A stretch of DNA of 64,000 nucleotides from an uncultured Gemmatimonadales bacterium (GTDB taxonomy: Bacteria; Gemmatimonadota; Gemmatimonadetes; Longimicrobiales; Gaopeijiaceae). Position 1 is the stretch's first letter. Each line of letters begins with the position of its first letter. Positions 1-11,514 of this stretch are shown here, piece by piece. The notes beneath the pieces were generated by a model, which saw nothing but the letters and a program-made list of their open reading frames with translations, did no database searches and was not told the DNA's origin. A program made the position numbers and the translations under genes. The stretch spans positions 1,664,001-1,728,000 of the forward strand of contig CAWELD010000003.1 of NCBI GenBank assembly GCA_963809895.1, given 5' to 3'.

Positions 1-543
1 TCCACCGTGAGAGGCGCCCGCCACGGCGGTGCGCAGGGGATTCCACCCCAGGGTCACCACCAGGAGCGCCACCAGCAGCACCAGCGTCAGGAACAGGCCC
101 CCGAGCCAGCCCAGCCCCTGCCGCAGCGGCTCTCCGAGGAACCGTCCCAGTCCGCCGGCCAGACCGGCCGTGGGCGCCGCCAGGTGCACGCCCACCGGCA
201 CGATCACCAGCAGGCCCGTGGCGAGCACGGCGAGGCGCGTGGTCCAGTCCTGCGAGAGCCAATCCCCGGAACGGAGGCCGGCCAGGCCGACGAGGATCGG
301 GATCAGCGGCGCCCCGACCCCCACCCAGGCCCACAGGTACGCCTGCACGATGCCCCCCAGCACGCCCATGACGTTGCCGGACGGGAACCACGAGGCGATG
401 CGTGCGGGAAGCCAGGCGACCGGAACCAGGGACACCAGCAGGAAGACCGCCAGTGCCAGGAGCGCCACCGCCAGCAGGTCGCGCTGCTGCTCCGGACTCA
501 GCAGTCCGCTCGACCGTTTCTTGCGGGACTTCTTACGAGGCAT
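1..543 (-). CDS. ftsK: DNA translocase FtsK/SpoIIIE, N-terminal transmembrane region (partial, runs off window start)
   Basis: Not in ORF track; my translation from ATG at 543 gives [41 protein letters not shown]...GNVMGVLGG..., a basic N-terminus plus several hydrophobic helices typical of the FtsK 4TM region; start overlaps comB stop; motor domain is outside the window. Confidence 0.65.
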   Translation of the reverse strand, partial: MPRKKSRKKRSSGLLSPEQQRDLLAVALLALAVFLLVSLVPVAWLPARIASWFPSGNVMGVLGGIVQAYLWAWVGVGAPLIPILVGLAGLRSGDWLSQDWTTRLAVLATGLLVIVPVGVHLAAPTAGLAGGLGRFLGEPLRQGLGWLGGLFLTLVLLVALLVVTLGWNPLRTAVAGASHGG

Positions 544-1254
544 CCGACGATCGGATCATGCGGTCGTCCATCTCCGGCACCACACGATACCGGTCCAGAG
601 CCGCGCACCACTCCAGGTCGTCGGCCAGACCCGCATCGGCCAGCGCGCGGCCGGCTTCTGTGCCAGCCAGGAAGTCGCCGTCGACCTCGACCAGGTCGCA
701 CAGGAGCCGCGCGGCCCGAGCTCCGTCGTCGAGATCCAGGGCCTCGCCCCGGGCGGCCTCGATGCGGCGGGCGAGAATGCCCGCGCACACGGCGTCCTCC
801 AGGGCGAAGCGCCCTTCCCTTCCCGCGCACAGCAGCGTGAGCCGCTCCTCGCCCGCCACCGCATCGGCGACGGCGGCCAGGTTCAGGAAGGCCGCCGCCA
901 CGACCCGGGGCGCGTCCACCGCCGCGAGGAAGGCCTGCGTCCCGTTGGTGGTGTTCATGACGAGCCGCTTGCCCTTCACCGCTTCGGCAGTGAACTCCGC
1001 GGGCGAGTTGCCCAGGTCGTAGCCTTCGATCTTGAGGCCGCGACGCTCGCCGCACAGCAGCAGCTCGTCGCGTCCCACCGACTGCACGAGGCGCATGGCC
1101 TCTTCGGTGGAGCCGGTGGGATAGATGGCCCGCGCACCGTTGGCCAGGGCCTCCACCATGGTGCTGGTGGCCCGCAGCACGTCGATGACGACGACCGTCG
1201 ACGCCGACAGATCGCCCAGGGCGGCTTCGGGAACGCTGAAACGGACGTCGATCC

Positions 1255-1258
<4 letters not shown>
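533..1258 (-). CDS. comB: 2-phosphosulfolactate phosphatase (ComB family)
   Basis: Motifs [40 protein letters not shown]. Confidence 0.92.
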
Positions 1259-2616
<1,358 letters not shown>

Positions 2617-2748
2617 GGTCGCCTCTCTCCTCGTGAGAGCGCGCCCGACACCCTGGCGGGGGTCGAGCGCGGGCTCTGAACTGCAGCTCGGGATGTCATG
2701 GGGTCGGAGGGCCCGCCCGGGAGGCGACCTCCGCCCTCGAGGGGCCCG

Positions 2749-3240
2749 TCAGGAGGGCTCGATACGGAACAACACCTGACCGAACTCCACCGGCTCCGCG
2801 TTGTCCACGCAGATCTCGGCGACGGTGCCCGCCACCTCGGCCTCGAGCTCGTTCATGAGCTTCATGGCCTCGATGATACACAGTGTGTCGCCCTTACCCA
2901 CCTTCTGACCCACGTCGACGTAGGACGGCGCGTCCGGGGCCGGGGCCCGGTAGAAGGTCCCCACCATGGGTGAGGCCACGTCCACCAGCGACGACGAAGC
3001 CTCCGCCTCGGCAGCGGCCTCGGCCTCCGCGGAGGCACCTTCCGCCTTCACGTCCGCCGCGGGTGCGCCCGGGGCAGCCGTCGGAGCCGGCGCGGCCACG
3101 GCGGGAGCGTGGGAGACCGTGGTCTGCGGAGGCGTCTTCGCCAGTCGCACTCGCGTGCCCCCTCGCTCGATCTCGATGGAGTCGAGGCTGCTCTCGTCGA
3201 TGGCCTTGATCAGGCGCTCGAGAAACTCGAGGTCGATCAT
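2749..3240 (-). CDS. accB: acetyl-CoA carboxylase biotin carboxyl carrier protein
   Basis: [11 protein letters not shown], biotinylation motif EAMKLMNE, Ala/Pro linker. Confidence 0.98.
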   Translation of the reverse strand: MIDLEFLERLIKAIDESSLDSIEIERGGTRVRLAKTPPQTTVSHAPAVAAPAPTAAPGAPAADVKAEGASAEAEAAAEAEASSSLVDVASPMVGTFYRAPAPDAPSYVDVGQKVGKGDTLCIIEAMKLMNELEAEVAGTVAEICVDNAEPVEFGQVLFRIEPS

Positions 3241-3803
3241 GCGGTCACCCGCGTCAGGTACTTGTCCTCGGTGCGGTCTACCTTGATCACGTCACCTCGC
3301 TCGATGAAGAGGGGAACCTGGACCACGGCACCGGTCTCCAGCTTGGCCGGCTTGGTGCCGCCCTGGGCGGTATCACCCCGCACCCCTGGATCGGTCTCCA
3401 CCACCTCGAGCTCGACGAACTGGGGTAGATCCACCGAGATGACCTTCCCGTCGTGCGAGAGGCCCTCACACTCCATGTTCTCCTTCAGGTAGTGGAGTTG
3501 CTCCTCACCGATGACGTCCCCCGCCAGGGGGATCATCTCGAAGGTGTTCGCGTCCATGAAGTAGTAGAGCTGCCCGTCGGTGTAGCTGTAGTTCACCGGC
3601 CGTCGCTCGAGGCGGACGTCGGTGACCTTCTCACCGGAGCGGTAGGTGCGGTCGACGACGGCACCGGTCAGAACGTTCTTCAGCTTCGTGCGTACGAAGG
3701 CGCCGCCCTTTCCGGGCTTCACGTGCTGGAAATAGGTGATGGTCCACAGATCGCCATCGATATCGAGGACCATGCCGTTGCGGAAGTCGGCCGTGCTCGC
3801 CAT
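3237..3803 (-). CDS. efp: translation elongation factor P
   Basis: [38 protein letters not shown]. Confidence 0.98.
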   Translation of the reverse strand: MASTADFRNGMVLDIDGDLWTITYFQHVKPGKGGAFVRTKLKNVLTGAVVDRTYRSGEKVTDVRLERRPVNYSYTDGQLYYFMDANTFEMIPLAGDVIGEEQLHYLKENMECEGLSHDGKVISVDLPQFVELEVVETDPGVRGDTAQGGTKPAKLETGAVVQVPLFIERGDVIKVDRTEDKYLTRVTA

Positions 3804-3816
3804 AGGGAAGGTCTTG

Positions 3817-4263
3817 TCAGTCTCGTTTCGCAGTCTCGATGTGGGCTACCAGGCCCCGGAGCCCCAGAAGATAGCTGTCAGGCCCGAATCCATAAACCAC
3901 ACCCAGGGCGAGAGGCGCCAGAAAGGAGCGGTGACGGAAGGGCTCCCGGGCGGCGGTATTGGACAGGTGGACCTCCACGAAGGGCCGCTCCACGGCCGCA
4001 AGCGCATCACGGAGCGCCACCGAGGTGTGCGTGAGTGCCGCCGGATTCACCAGAAACCCGTCCACTCGCCCCGCGGCGTCTTCCACGAAGTCGAGGATCT
4101 CTCCCTCGTGGTTCGACTGGAACACCTCCAACTCCGCCCCCAGGGTCGCCGCCGCCTCCCGTAGCGCGCCGTCGATCTCGGCCAGCGTGGTCGTGCCGTA
4201 GACCTGGGGCTCACGCCGTCCCAGGAGGCGCAGATTGGGGCCGTGGATGACGGCGATCCTCAC
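3817..4263 (-). CDS. aroQ: type II 3-dehydroquinate dehydratase
   Basis: HGPNLRLLGRREPQVYG, QSNHEG, NPAALTHTSVALRDA, EVHLSN. Confidence 0.97.
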   Translation of the reverse strand: MRIAVIHGPNLRLLGRREPQVYGTTTLAEIDGALREAAATLGAELEVFQSNHEGEILDFVEDAAGRVDGFLVNPAALTHTSVALRDALAAVERPFVEVHLSNTAAREPFRHRSFLAPLALGVVYGFGPDSYLLGLRGLVAHIETAKRD

Positions 4264-5411
4264 GCGTCTTCCCTCCCGTGCCCGTCACCGTCTCCGGACC
4301 TCCTCCAGGACAGCAGTCCCTGGAGATAGTCCTCGGCCGACGCCTCCGCGGCGGCGGCGGGGTGGTCCTCTGGCGGCGGCGCCGCCGATCGCGCCTTCGC
4401 CGGCTCCTCGGACGTCGCTCCTCCCTCACTCCCGATCCGGACCAGGAGCTCCTCCAGGTGGCGCTGGAGCTCCGTGTCGCCGGGACGGCGTTGCAAGAGG
4501 TGGCGATAGACCTCCAACGCCCGATCGTGGAAGCCCTGACGTTCCAGGAGCTCGGCCATGGTCCGGGTGAAGTGCACGTCTCCGGTGTCCTCGGCCCCGG
4601 CGGCCCCGGTGTCGGTCGCAACCGCGGCGGCGGCGTCCGGGTCGTGCGCGTGCTCGTGGGGAGCGAGCTCGTCGGGGGCCAGCTCCCGGATGTCCACCAC
4701 GTCCGCGTCGTGCCCGTCGTCCGGGACGCCCGCGTCGGCCCCGACCGTCTCGGCCGGAAGCCCCTCGTGGTCGACGAGCGCCCCGGCGTCGGTCGAGCGC
4801 GCCAGAGCCCCCTCGGGCGCCAACGCCGAGATCTCAACGATCACTCCCCGTCCGTCCGGATCCCCCAGCACCCCGTCCACCGGGTCCGGAGCCAACGCCC
4901 GGATGTCAACCACGTCGGATTCCGCGACCGCCATCATGGCTTCGTCGGTCTCCGGACTCGGCGGCGGGAACGAGGGCAGCTCGATCCCGCCGGCGTCGTC
5001 GTCCTCCGCCGGTGGACCCCTGCCCTCTTCCCATTCCAGGAGGGGATCCAGCTCCACGGCGCGCAGGACCAGCTCCCGACCCGCGGGCACGCTGCCCGCC
5101 CGGGCGAGCATCTGCCCGAGCCCGTGCAGGGCCCGCGCATTCTCCGGGTCCAGCTCCAGGACGCGCCGGTAGGCGGCCTCGGCCGCCGCCAGATCACCGC
5201 GATCGCGGTGGAGCCAGGCCGAGACGACGTGTCCCGAGGTGAACTCGGGGAGGCGGTCGAGTCCGTCGCGCAGCAGCTCCAGGGCTTCGCTCAACTCACC
5301 GGCGCGCCGGCAGGCGTCGGCGAGGGGGACGAAGGCACGGCCGTCCGGGTCCCTCTCCGACCAGAAAAGGGACCTGAGCTCTCTGATCTCCTGCTCCAGC
5401 CCTGGGGTCAC
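4260..5411 (-). CDS. tetratricopeptide repeat protein with acidic low-complexity linker
   Basis: N-terminal TPR-like helices (AYRRVLELDPENARA), acidic middle, C-terminal TRTMAELLERQG TPR; stop overlaps aroQ start. Confidence 0.8.
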   Translation of the reverse strand: MTPGLEQEIRELRSLFWSERDPDGRAFVPLADACRRAGELSEALELLRDGLDRLPEFTSGHVVSAWLHRDRGDLAAAEAAYRRVLELDPENARALHGLGQMLARAGSVPAGRELVLRAVELDPLLEWEEGRGPPAEDDDAGGIELPSFPPPSPETDEAMMAVAESDVVDIRALAPDPVDGVLGDPDGRGVIVEISALAPEGALARSTDAGALVDHEGLPAETVGADAGVPDDGHDADVVDIRELAPDELAPHEHAHDPDAAAAVATDTGAAGAEDTGDVHFTRTMAELLERQGFHDRALEVYRHLLQRRPGDTELQRHLEELLVRIGSEGGATSEEPAKARSAAPPPEDHPAAAAEASAEDYLQGLLSWRRSGDGDGHGREDA

Positions 5412-5479
5412 CGGTCTCGTCCAGCCTCGAGAAGCGTCCGTGGTGCGCCGCCGAATGCGTGATACGGCGCGGAACGGCC

Positions 5480-5509
5480 AAGATACGCGGCCGTCGGAAA
5501 GAGTGTCAA
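5480..5509 (-). promoter_or_regulatory. sigma70-type promoter for TPR-aroQ-efp-accBC operon
   Basis: Minus strand TTGACA (5509-5504), 18 nt spacer, TATCTT (5485-5480). Confidence 0.6.
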
Positions 5510-5581
5510 CGCGGAACCCGGACCCCGGGCAGTGGCGTAACAGGCTGTACTCGAACCGGGTAGGGGAGCGCTCTGGTCGGG

Positions 5582-5610
5582 TTGAGCCCCCCGCGGGCCG
5601 GGTTTAGCTT
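5582..5610 (+). promoter_or_regulatory. sigma70-type promoter for PPIase gene
   Basis: TTGAGC (5582-5587), 17 nt, TAGCTT (5605-5610). Confidence 0.45.
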
Positions 5611-5701
5611 TCGAGATTGCCGTTCCGCCGGGAACGGCCCCGGTACCCCCGGGCCCGAGTCGTGAGTTCAGGATCGAGCAGGCCGAGGAGCCGCCACGCC
5701 T

Positions 5702-7543
5702 ATGATGCGTCAGATGCGGGAGAACACGAAGTGGATCATGCTGGCGACGGCGCTGGCCTTCGTGGGTCTCATGGTATTCCAGTGGGGCATGGACATCACC
5801 GGGCGCAGCGCGGGAGGTGTCGGCGAGATCGGCCAGGTCAACGGAGAACCCGTTCTGCTGGACGACTACCAGGCCGCGCTCCGGAACCTCACGGACCAGG
5901 CGCAGAACTCCCAGCAGGAGCCCCTCACCTCCCAGCAGCTCAGCGAACTCGAGGATCAGGCCTGGGACCAGACGGTCAACCAGATCCTGATTCGGCAGGA
6001 GCTCGACCGCCGCGGCATCCAGGTGACCGACGACGAGATCCGCCAGGCGGCTCGCTACAGCCCACCGCCGGCGCTGGCGCAGAACGCCGCCTTCATGACC
6101 GCCGGACAGTTCGACTTCCAGAAGTACCAGACCTTCCTGGCCCAGCAGGCCGACGATCAGTTCCTTCTGAGCCTCGAAGCCTACTACCGGGACATCATCC
6201 CCCGGAGCAAGCTTCTGCGTCAGGTCTCGTCGGGGATCTATCTCACGGACCAACTCCTCTGGCAGCGCTGGACCGACCAGAACGAGACCGTGGAGATCCG
6301 CTACATCCCCTTGAATCCCAGCCAGCGGATCCCCGACGACAGCATCCAGATCAGCGACAGCGAGATCCAGGCGTACTACGACGAGCACCAGGACGACTTC
6401 GAGCAGCCCGCTCGCGCGCAGGTGAAGGTCGCGGTCATCAGCAAGATCCCCACGGCGGCGGATTCCGCCGCCTCGCTGGAGCACGCCGACGAGCTCGCCG
6501 CAGAGCTCCAGGACGGAGCCGACTTCGCCGACGTCGCCGAGCGCGAGACCGGGAACCGGCAAAGCGCCGATCTGGGTGTGCTCACCAAGGGCCAGACCGG
6601 CGTGCCGGTCTTCGATTCCGTGCTGTTCGCCGCTCCGGTGGGGCGTGTGGTCGGTCCGGTGCGGTCTCCGGTGGGATACCACATTCTCCGGGTGGACGAG
6701 CGCTGGGGGCAGGACAGCGCCAGCGCACACCACGTGTTGGTCCCCATCGAGCGGACCGATTCATCCGAGCTTGCCCTCCTCACCATGGCGGATTCCCTGG
6801 AAGAGCTGGGAACCGCCATGACGCTCGAGGAAGCCGCCTCGCAGCTGGGCCTCGAGGTGCAGGACGCCAACCTCACGGCGAGCTTTCCGGTGGTGTCCGG
6901 GGCCGGCCAGATCGGCGAAGGCGCCGACTGGGCTCTGGAGGAGGCCGCTCCCGGCGACGTGAGCCCGGTCTTCGAGAACTCGCAGGCCTTCTATTCGGTG
7001 GAGCTCGTGTCCCGCACGCCCGGCGGCGTGTTGCCGCTGGAGAACGCCCGCGCGTCGATCCGGCAGATCCTGGGCTTCCAGAAGAAGCTGGCCAGGGTCG
7101 AGACCGAGGGTGAGGCTCTGGTGCAGAAGATCCGCTCCGGTGCCGGACTCCCCAATACGGCCGCCGAGGCCGGACTCGAGGTGCGGAGCGCCGGGCCCTT
7201 CGCCCGCAACGACTTCGTCGCCGGGATCGGACGCTACAACGCGGCCGTCGGCGCGGCGTTCGGGCTACAACAGCCCGGAGAGGTCTCCGACGTGGTGACC
7301 ACGCCGGACAATGCCTTCATCATCGAGCTGGTGGCGCGCAATCCCGCCGACAGCGCGCAGTGGCTCGAGCAGAAGGACGCGCAGCGGACCCAGGTGCAGA
7401 ACCTTCTCCAGCAGCAGTATCTGCAGGAATGGCTGGAGAGCCTGAGGAACTCGGCCACGGTGGTGGACCGCCGCGACGAGGTCCTGCGTCCGGCCGACGA
7501 GTCCCAGCCGCTCCAGCAGCCCACGGGCCGCTTCGGGCGCTGA
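5702..7543 (+). CDS. ppiD: PpiD/SurA-like periplasmic chaperone (SurA N-terminal domain + parvulin-like PPIase)
   Basis: MMRQMRENTKWIM + N-terminal TM anchor, VNGEPV, GADFADVAER, ADLG, GPVRSPVGYHILRV. Confidence 0.8.
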   Translation: MMRQMRENTKWIMLATALAFVGLMVFQWGMDITGRSAGGVGEIGQVNGEPVLLDDYQAALRNLTDQAQNSQQEPLTSQQLSELEDQAWDQTVNQILIRQELDRRGIQVTDDEIRQAARYSPPPALAQNAAFMTAGQFDFQKYQTFLAQQADDQFLLSLEAYYRDIIPRSKLLRQVSSGIYLTDQLLWQRWTDQNETVEIRYIPLNPSQRIPDDSIQISDSEIQAYYDEHQDDFEQPARAQVKVAVISKIPTAADSAASLEHADELAAELQDGADFADVAERETGNRQSADLGVLTKGQTGVPVFDSVLFAAPVGRVVGPVRSPVGYHILRVDERWGQDSASAHHVLVPIERTDSSELALLTMADSLEELGTAMTLEEAASQLGLEVQDANLTASFPVVSGAGQIGEGADWALEEAAPGDVSPVFENSQAFYSVELVSRTPGGVLPLENARASIRQILGFQKKLARVETEGEALVQKIRSGAGLPNTAAEAGLEVRSAGPFARNDFVAGIGRYNAAVGAAFGLQQPGEVSDVVTTPDNAFIIELVARNPADSAQWLEQKDAQRTQVQNLLQQQYLQEWLESLRNSATVVDRRDEVLRPADESQPLQQPTGRFGR

Positions 7544-7569
7544 CCCGTCGGCTCGACCAGGACAACGAC

Positions 7570-7612
7570 CGAAGAGGGCGTCCGCCGAAACCCACGGCGG
7601 ACGCCCTCTTCG
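7570..7612. terminator. hairpin terminator between convergent ppiD and tatA
   Basis: Perfect 18-bp stem CGAAGAGGGCGTCCGCCG / CGGCGGACGCCCTCTTCG with 7-nt loop. Confidence 0.7.
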
Positions 7613-7725
7613 CGTTATCCACGCTCCGAAACCCCATTCCAGAGAAGGCTGGAGCTTGCACCTCCCCCGGGAGCGGTGGGATTCACCGCTCCGGGAGAGT
7701 CCCCTACGATGTCAGGGAGTGGTGC

Positions 7726-8034
7726 TCAGGGCTGGCCGGAAAGCCGTCGTGGCTCCCCGTCGCCCCCTTCACTTCCTCCCGACTGCTCAGCGGGATCCTG
7801 CTGTCCCTGGCGATGCTGGCCAACCACGCCCGGATCCCGCCGCCCTTCATCGAGCCGGCGCCGGTCCTCGGGTGCGTTGATCTCGTTCTCGATCTCCCTG
7901 ATGGAGCTCTTGAACTCCCGGATGCCCTTTCCGAGCGACGATCCGATCTCCGGCAGGCGCTTCGCGCCGAACAGGAGCAGTACCACGAGGAAGATCAGGA
8001 GGATCTCCCAGACTCCCAGGCCACCAAAGCCCAT
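7726..8034 (-). CDS. tatA: twin-arginine translocase subunit TatA/TatE
   Basis: GLGVWEILLIFLVVLLLFGAKRLPEIGSSLGKGIREFK. Confidence 0.96.
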   Translation of the reverse strand: MGFGGLGVWEILLIFLVVLLLFGAKRLPEIGSSLGKGIREFKSSIREIENEINAPEDRRRLDEGRRDPGVVGQHRQGQQDPAEQSGGSEGGDGEPRRLSGQP

Positions 8035-8134
8035 TTCTCTACTCTCCTCGCCCCGCCGGAGTACGCCACCCTGGCGTGCCTCTCCGGCGCGAGCCGTCAG
8101 ACGGGTCCACGAGGGATCCCGTGCGCTACAAAAG

Positions 8135-8413
8135 TCAGATCCAGGATCGGGCCACGAAGGCCACGACGAAGACCCCGAGTAAGGTCAGTACATTCAGATA
8201 CACCGAAACCGGCCCGAGGGTGAACGACACCGCCACGAGGTCCATGGCGAACGGACCCGCCGAGGCCGACACGGAGGTCGTCAGGAAGGTCCGGGCTGCG
8301 CTGTCCGGCAGGAACATCTCGGACAGCCGGGTGAGCAACCCACCGAGAAAGAACCCCAGGATCAGGGTCCAGATCAAGCGGGTGACACTCAGTCGGCGAT
8401 TCTCGGCCAGCAT
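8135..8413 (-). CDS. small membrane protein, DUF4321-like
   Basis: Two hydrophobic segments with central MDLVAVSFTLG..LNVLTLLG pattern resembling DUF4321. Confidence 0.6.
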   Translation of the reverse strand: MLAENRRLSVTRLIWTLILGFFLGGLLTRLSEMFLPDSAARTFLTTSVSASAGPFAMDLVAVSFTLGPVSVYLNVLTLLGVFVVAFVARSWI

Positions 8414-8451
8414 TTCAGAGGCTCCACGTCTCGGTTCCAGTCACGGGAGCC

Positions 8452-9492
8452 TCACCGGCTCCGCCGGGTGGCGTAGGCCACCGCGGCTTGCAGGGCATCC
8501 CTTGCCGGACCCGTGTCCAGCGCGTCGAGGGCGGCCTCGGCCTTGTCCGCGTATTCCTGCGCACGCGCTCGCGCGTAGTCGAGCCCACCGCATTCCCCGA
8601 CCAGCTCCACGACCCGGGCGATCTCCTCGTCACCGGGTTCCACGAGCGTGAAGAAGCTGCGGATCTCGTCCAACTCCGCCGCCGACGCGCGTGCCATGGC
8701 CCCCACGAGCGGGAGCGTCACCTTCCGTTCCCGCAGGTCGTGCCCGGACGGCTTCCCCGTGACCTCTTCCGACCCCGTGTAGTCCAGGAGGTCGTCGGCA
8801 ATCTGGAACGCCATCCCCAGATTGTGGCCGAAGCGTGACAGCGGCTCCCGGACGCTGGTGTCACCCACCAGGGCCCCGAGCTCGCACGCCGCGCTCATGA
8901 GCGAGGCGGTCTTGGCCGCGATCAGGCGGTAGTAGTCGTCTTCGGAGAAGTCCAGCGCATCATAGGACGTGAGCTGCCGCATCTCCCCCACGCTCATCTC
9001 GTTCGCCGCCCTGGCCATGACCTGAACCGCGTCCAGGATTCCCACGCGGGCGAGCTCGGTCACCGCACGGGAATACAGGTAGTCCCCCATGATGATGGCG
9101 ACCTGGTGCGTCCACAGCGCGTTTACGGTGGGCTGTCCCCTGCGGAGAACCGAGTGATCCACGGCGTCGTCGTGCACCAACGTCGCCAGATGAACCAACT
9201 CCACCACGGCCGCGAGGGTGACCGCGCGGTCGTCGGCGTGATCGCCCACGCGATTGGCCAGCAGCAGGAGCGTCGGCCGGAAGAGCTTTCCGCGCACCAG
9301 AAGGAGGTAGTCGTTCACCTCGTCGATGCGCCCGAAATCCGACTCGACGATACGCCGGATCTCACCGATGACCCGGTCGAGATCCTCCGCGACGGGATCC
9401 TGGATCGCCTCCAGTGGTGGGGGCGCGTGTCCGAGCGCGGGGCTCGCCACCGGATCCATGGAGTCAGGCCCCTCCACTAGCAGGTGCCGCAT
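8452..9492 (-). CDS. ispB: polyprenyl diphosphate synthase (IspB-like); start may be ATG at 9460
   Basis: GKLFRP, FARM-like LVHDDAVDHSVLRRG, KTA, SARM AFQIADDLLD, GKPSGHDLRERKVTLP. Confidence 0.92.
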   Translation of the reverse strand: MRHLLVEGPDSMDPVASPALGHAPPPLEAIQDPVAEDLDRVIGEIRRIVESDFGRIDEVNDYLLLVRGKLFRPTLLLLANRVGDHADDRAVTLAAVVELVHLATLVHDDAVDHSVLRRGQPTVNALWTHQVAIIMGDYLYSRAVTELARVGILDAVQVMARAANEMSVGEMRQLTSYDALDFSEDDYYRLIAAKTASLMSAACELGALVGDTSVREPLSRFGHNLGMAFQIADDLLDYTGSEEVTGKPSGHDLRERKVTLPLVGAMARASAAELDEIRSFFTLVEPGDEEIARVVELVGECGGLDYARARAQEYADKAEAALDALDTGPARDALQAAVAYATRRSR

Positions 9493-9525
9493 GAGGATGA
9501 GAGCGCCGAGGCGTAACGACCCGCA

Positions 9526-11514
9526 TCAGCGCAGCGCACGGAGTCGCTCCGTGACATCGGCGAAGTTGATGTCCAGGGAGAAGACCCTGTCGTAGAACTC
9601 CACGGCCTGGGCCGTGTTCCCCTGCTCCTCATAGGCGCGACCGAGGAAGTAGTAGATGCCCAGGAGCTCGTCTTCGACCTCCCACGGGGCGTCGAGCGCA
9701 CGAGTCAGCACCCGGACGGCCGCCGCGGGGGTGCCCTTGTCCAGGAACGCCTGTCCCAGGGCTTCATAGGTCGCGAGGTGGTCCGCCGACGCCCGCAGCG
9801 CTTTCTGAAACTGCTGGATGGCCTCGTCCAGGAGACCCATCTCCTTGTAGGCCGTCCCCAGATCGTGATGGGCCTTCACATCAGACGCGTCCACGTTCGC
9901 CGCGACCTTGGCCTTGAACTGATCGAGCATCTTGGCGAAGTCGGCGTCCTCGTCTCCCGACGGCTCCTCGTAGGCCACCACGAAGCGCGTGGTCTTCTCG
10001 GCGTCCTCGCCGAGAATGAGCGCGCCGAGGTCCACATAGTCCTCCGACGAGGCCACCTCCGGCGCCGGGGCAGCCTCGACGCCCATGCGATCCAGCGCCG
10101 CCAGGGCATCGCGATGCTCGGGCTCCAGGGCGACGACCTGCTGATAGACGCTCCGCGCTCGCTCCTCCTGCCCGGTCTGCTCCAGCGCCGATGCCAGCTC
10201 CATGTACGCGCGCGCCAGCTCGGCTTCGTCACCCTTGCGGAAGGCGAGCTCCACGGACCGCTGTGCGCTCTCCACCGGATCGGCCGCCGCGTCCGCGTCG
10301 GCCTCATCGGCCTCCGCCACCTCGTGGCGGGCCTCGGGACCCGCGCCCGCCACGGGGAGGGCTTCTGCCACCTCGTCGTCGACCAGGGACTCCTCGTAGG
10401 CGTCCTCGAGAGCGCTGCGCACTTCCATCGAAGTCACTTGGGCCCCTTCCTCTCCCCGCGGAGCCACCTCGGCTTCTTCCATCTCGTCCTGGGATTCCGC
10501 CAGCTCCTCGGTGCCTTCGAGCAGGGGGAGCGACCGAGGACCCTCGACGTCGTCGTCGTCCGCTTCCTCGTCGTCGTCGAAGGTCATGAAGGGCAGCGGG
10601 ATCGCGTCCTCGCCCTGGCCCTCGTCTCCGTCGTCGTACCCGTGGGCCGCGGGCGCCGAAAACTCCTCCGGTTCCGCCGCAGTCGTGCCAGCGTCGACCT
10701 CGGCTGCCTCGTCCGCCTCTTCGTCGGGAGCCAGGGCGATCTCGAAGTCCTCCAGCGACGGGCCCTCGTCGGCGTCCGCCCGAGACGGCGGCGGAGCCGG
10801 ACCCAGCGCGTCCAGGTCTCCCAGGAGGTCGTCCTCGTTTCCGGCGAGCGCCGTGCTCTCGAGCCCCGGGGCGGACCCGGCCGTGGCAAGGGCGTCCAGG
10901 TCCACGGATTCGTCGATGGCCTTGAGGCGCTCTCCCACCTCTCGAGCCTGCTCCGTCTCTCCGGCGCGCATGAGCGTGCCGTATGCCAGGCCGAGTTGGT
11001 GCACGGCCTTGTCCGGCTGATCGTGCTGCTCGTATTGGCTGGCGATGGAGAGGCGGATCTCGGCGTCTTCCGGCACCAGGTCGGCGAACTCCACCAGGGC
11101 ACGGAGCGCCTCGTCCAGATCGCCGGCGGACGTCATGAATTCGGCGTAGCGCAGGAAGTTCTCACGGGCGTCGACCACGAAGCCCTGGCGGGCGCGGATC
11201 AATCCCATGCGCAGGAAGACCCGGTGCCGCTCCGGCGCGTTCCGGATGATCTTCTTGCAAACCGCGATGGCGTTGTTGGGAAGATCGGCTTCCTCGTAGA
11301 GATCCACCGCGGTCTCGTAGTGCTCCACGGCGGCGTCCATCTGACCGACCCTGGTGAAGAGGTCGCCCACCCGGTTGTACAGGGTGATGTCGGGCCGATC
11401 TTCCTCTTCCAGCTTTCTGATGGCCCGGCCGTATAGCTCGAGCGCTTTGCGCCATTCCTCGGCCTGCTCGTGCTGGCGGGCCTTGTCCTTTAGCGCTTCA
11501 ATGGTGGCTGTCAT
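9526..11514 (-). CDS. large TPR protein with acidic central region and FimV-C-like C-terminal TPRs
   Basis: N-terminal TPR array, ~250 aa Asp/Glu-rich linker, C-terminal HHDLGTAYKEMGLLDEAIQQFQKA. Confidence 0.8.
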   Translation of the reverse strand: MTATIEALKDKARQHEQAEEWRKALELYGRAIRKLEEEDRPDITLYNRVGDLFTRVGQMDAAVEHYETAVDLYEEADLPNNAIAVCKKIIRNAPERHRVFLRMGLIRARQGFVVDARENFLRYAEFMTSAGDLDEALRALVEFADLVPEDAEIRLSIASQYEQHDQPDKAVHQLGLAYGTLMRAGETEQAREVGERLKAIDESVDLDALATAGSAPGLESTALAGNEDDLLGDLDALGPAPPPSRADADEGPSLEDFEIALAPDEEADEAAEVDAGTTAAEPEEFSAPAAHGYDDGDEGQGEDAIPLPFMTFDDDEEADDDDVEGPRSLPLLEGTEELAESQDEMEEAEVAPRGEEGAQVTSMEVRSALEDAYEESLVDDEVAEALPVAGAGPEARHEVAEADEADADAAADPVESAQRSVELAFRKGDEAELARAYMELASALEQTGQEERARSVYQQVVALEPEHRDALAALDRMGVEAAPAPEVASSEDYVDLGALILGEDAEKTTRFVVAYEEPSGDEDADFAKMLDQFKAKVAANVDASDVKAHHDLGTAYKEMGLLDEAIQQFQKALRASADHLATYEALGQAFLDKGTPAAAVRVLTRALDAPWEVEDELLGIYYFLGRAYEEQGNTAQAVEFYDRVFSLDINFADVTERLRALR

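Noticed and set aside
7647..7660. Sigma54 promoter GG...TTGCA
   Set aside because: GG-to-GC spacing is 9 rather than 10 nt, and there is no gene downstream on that strand
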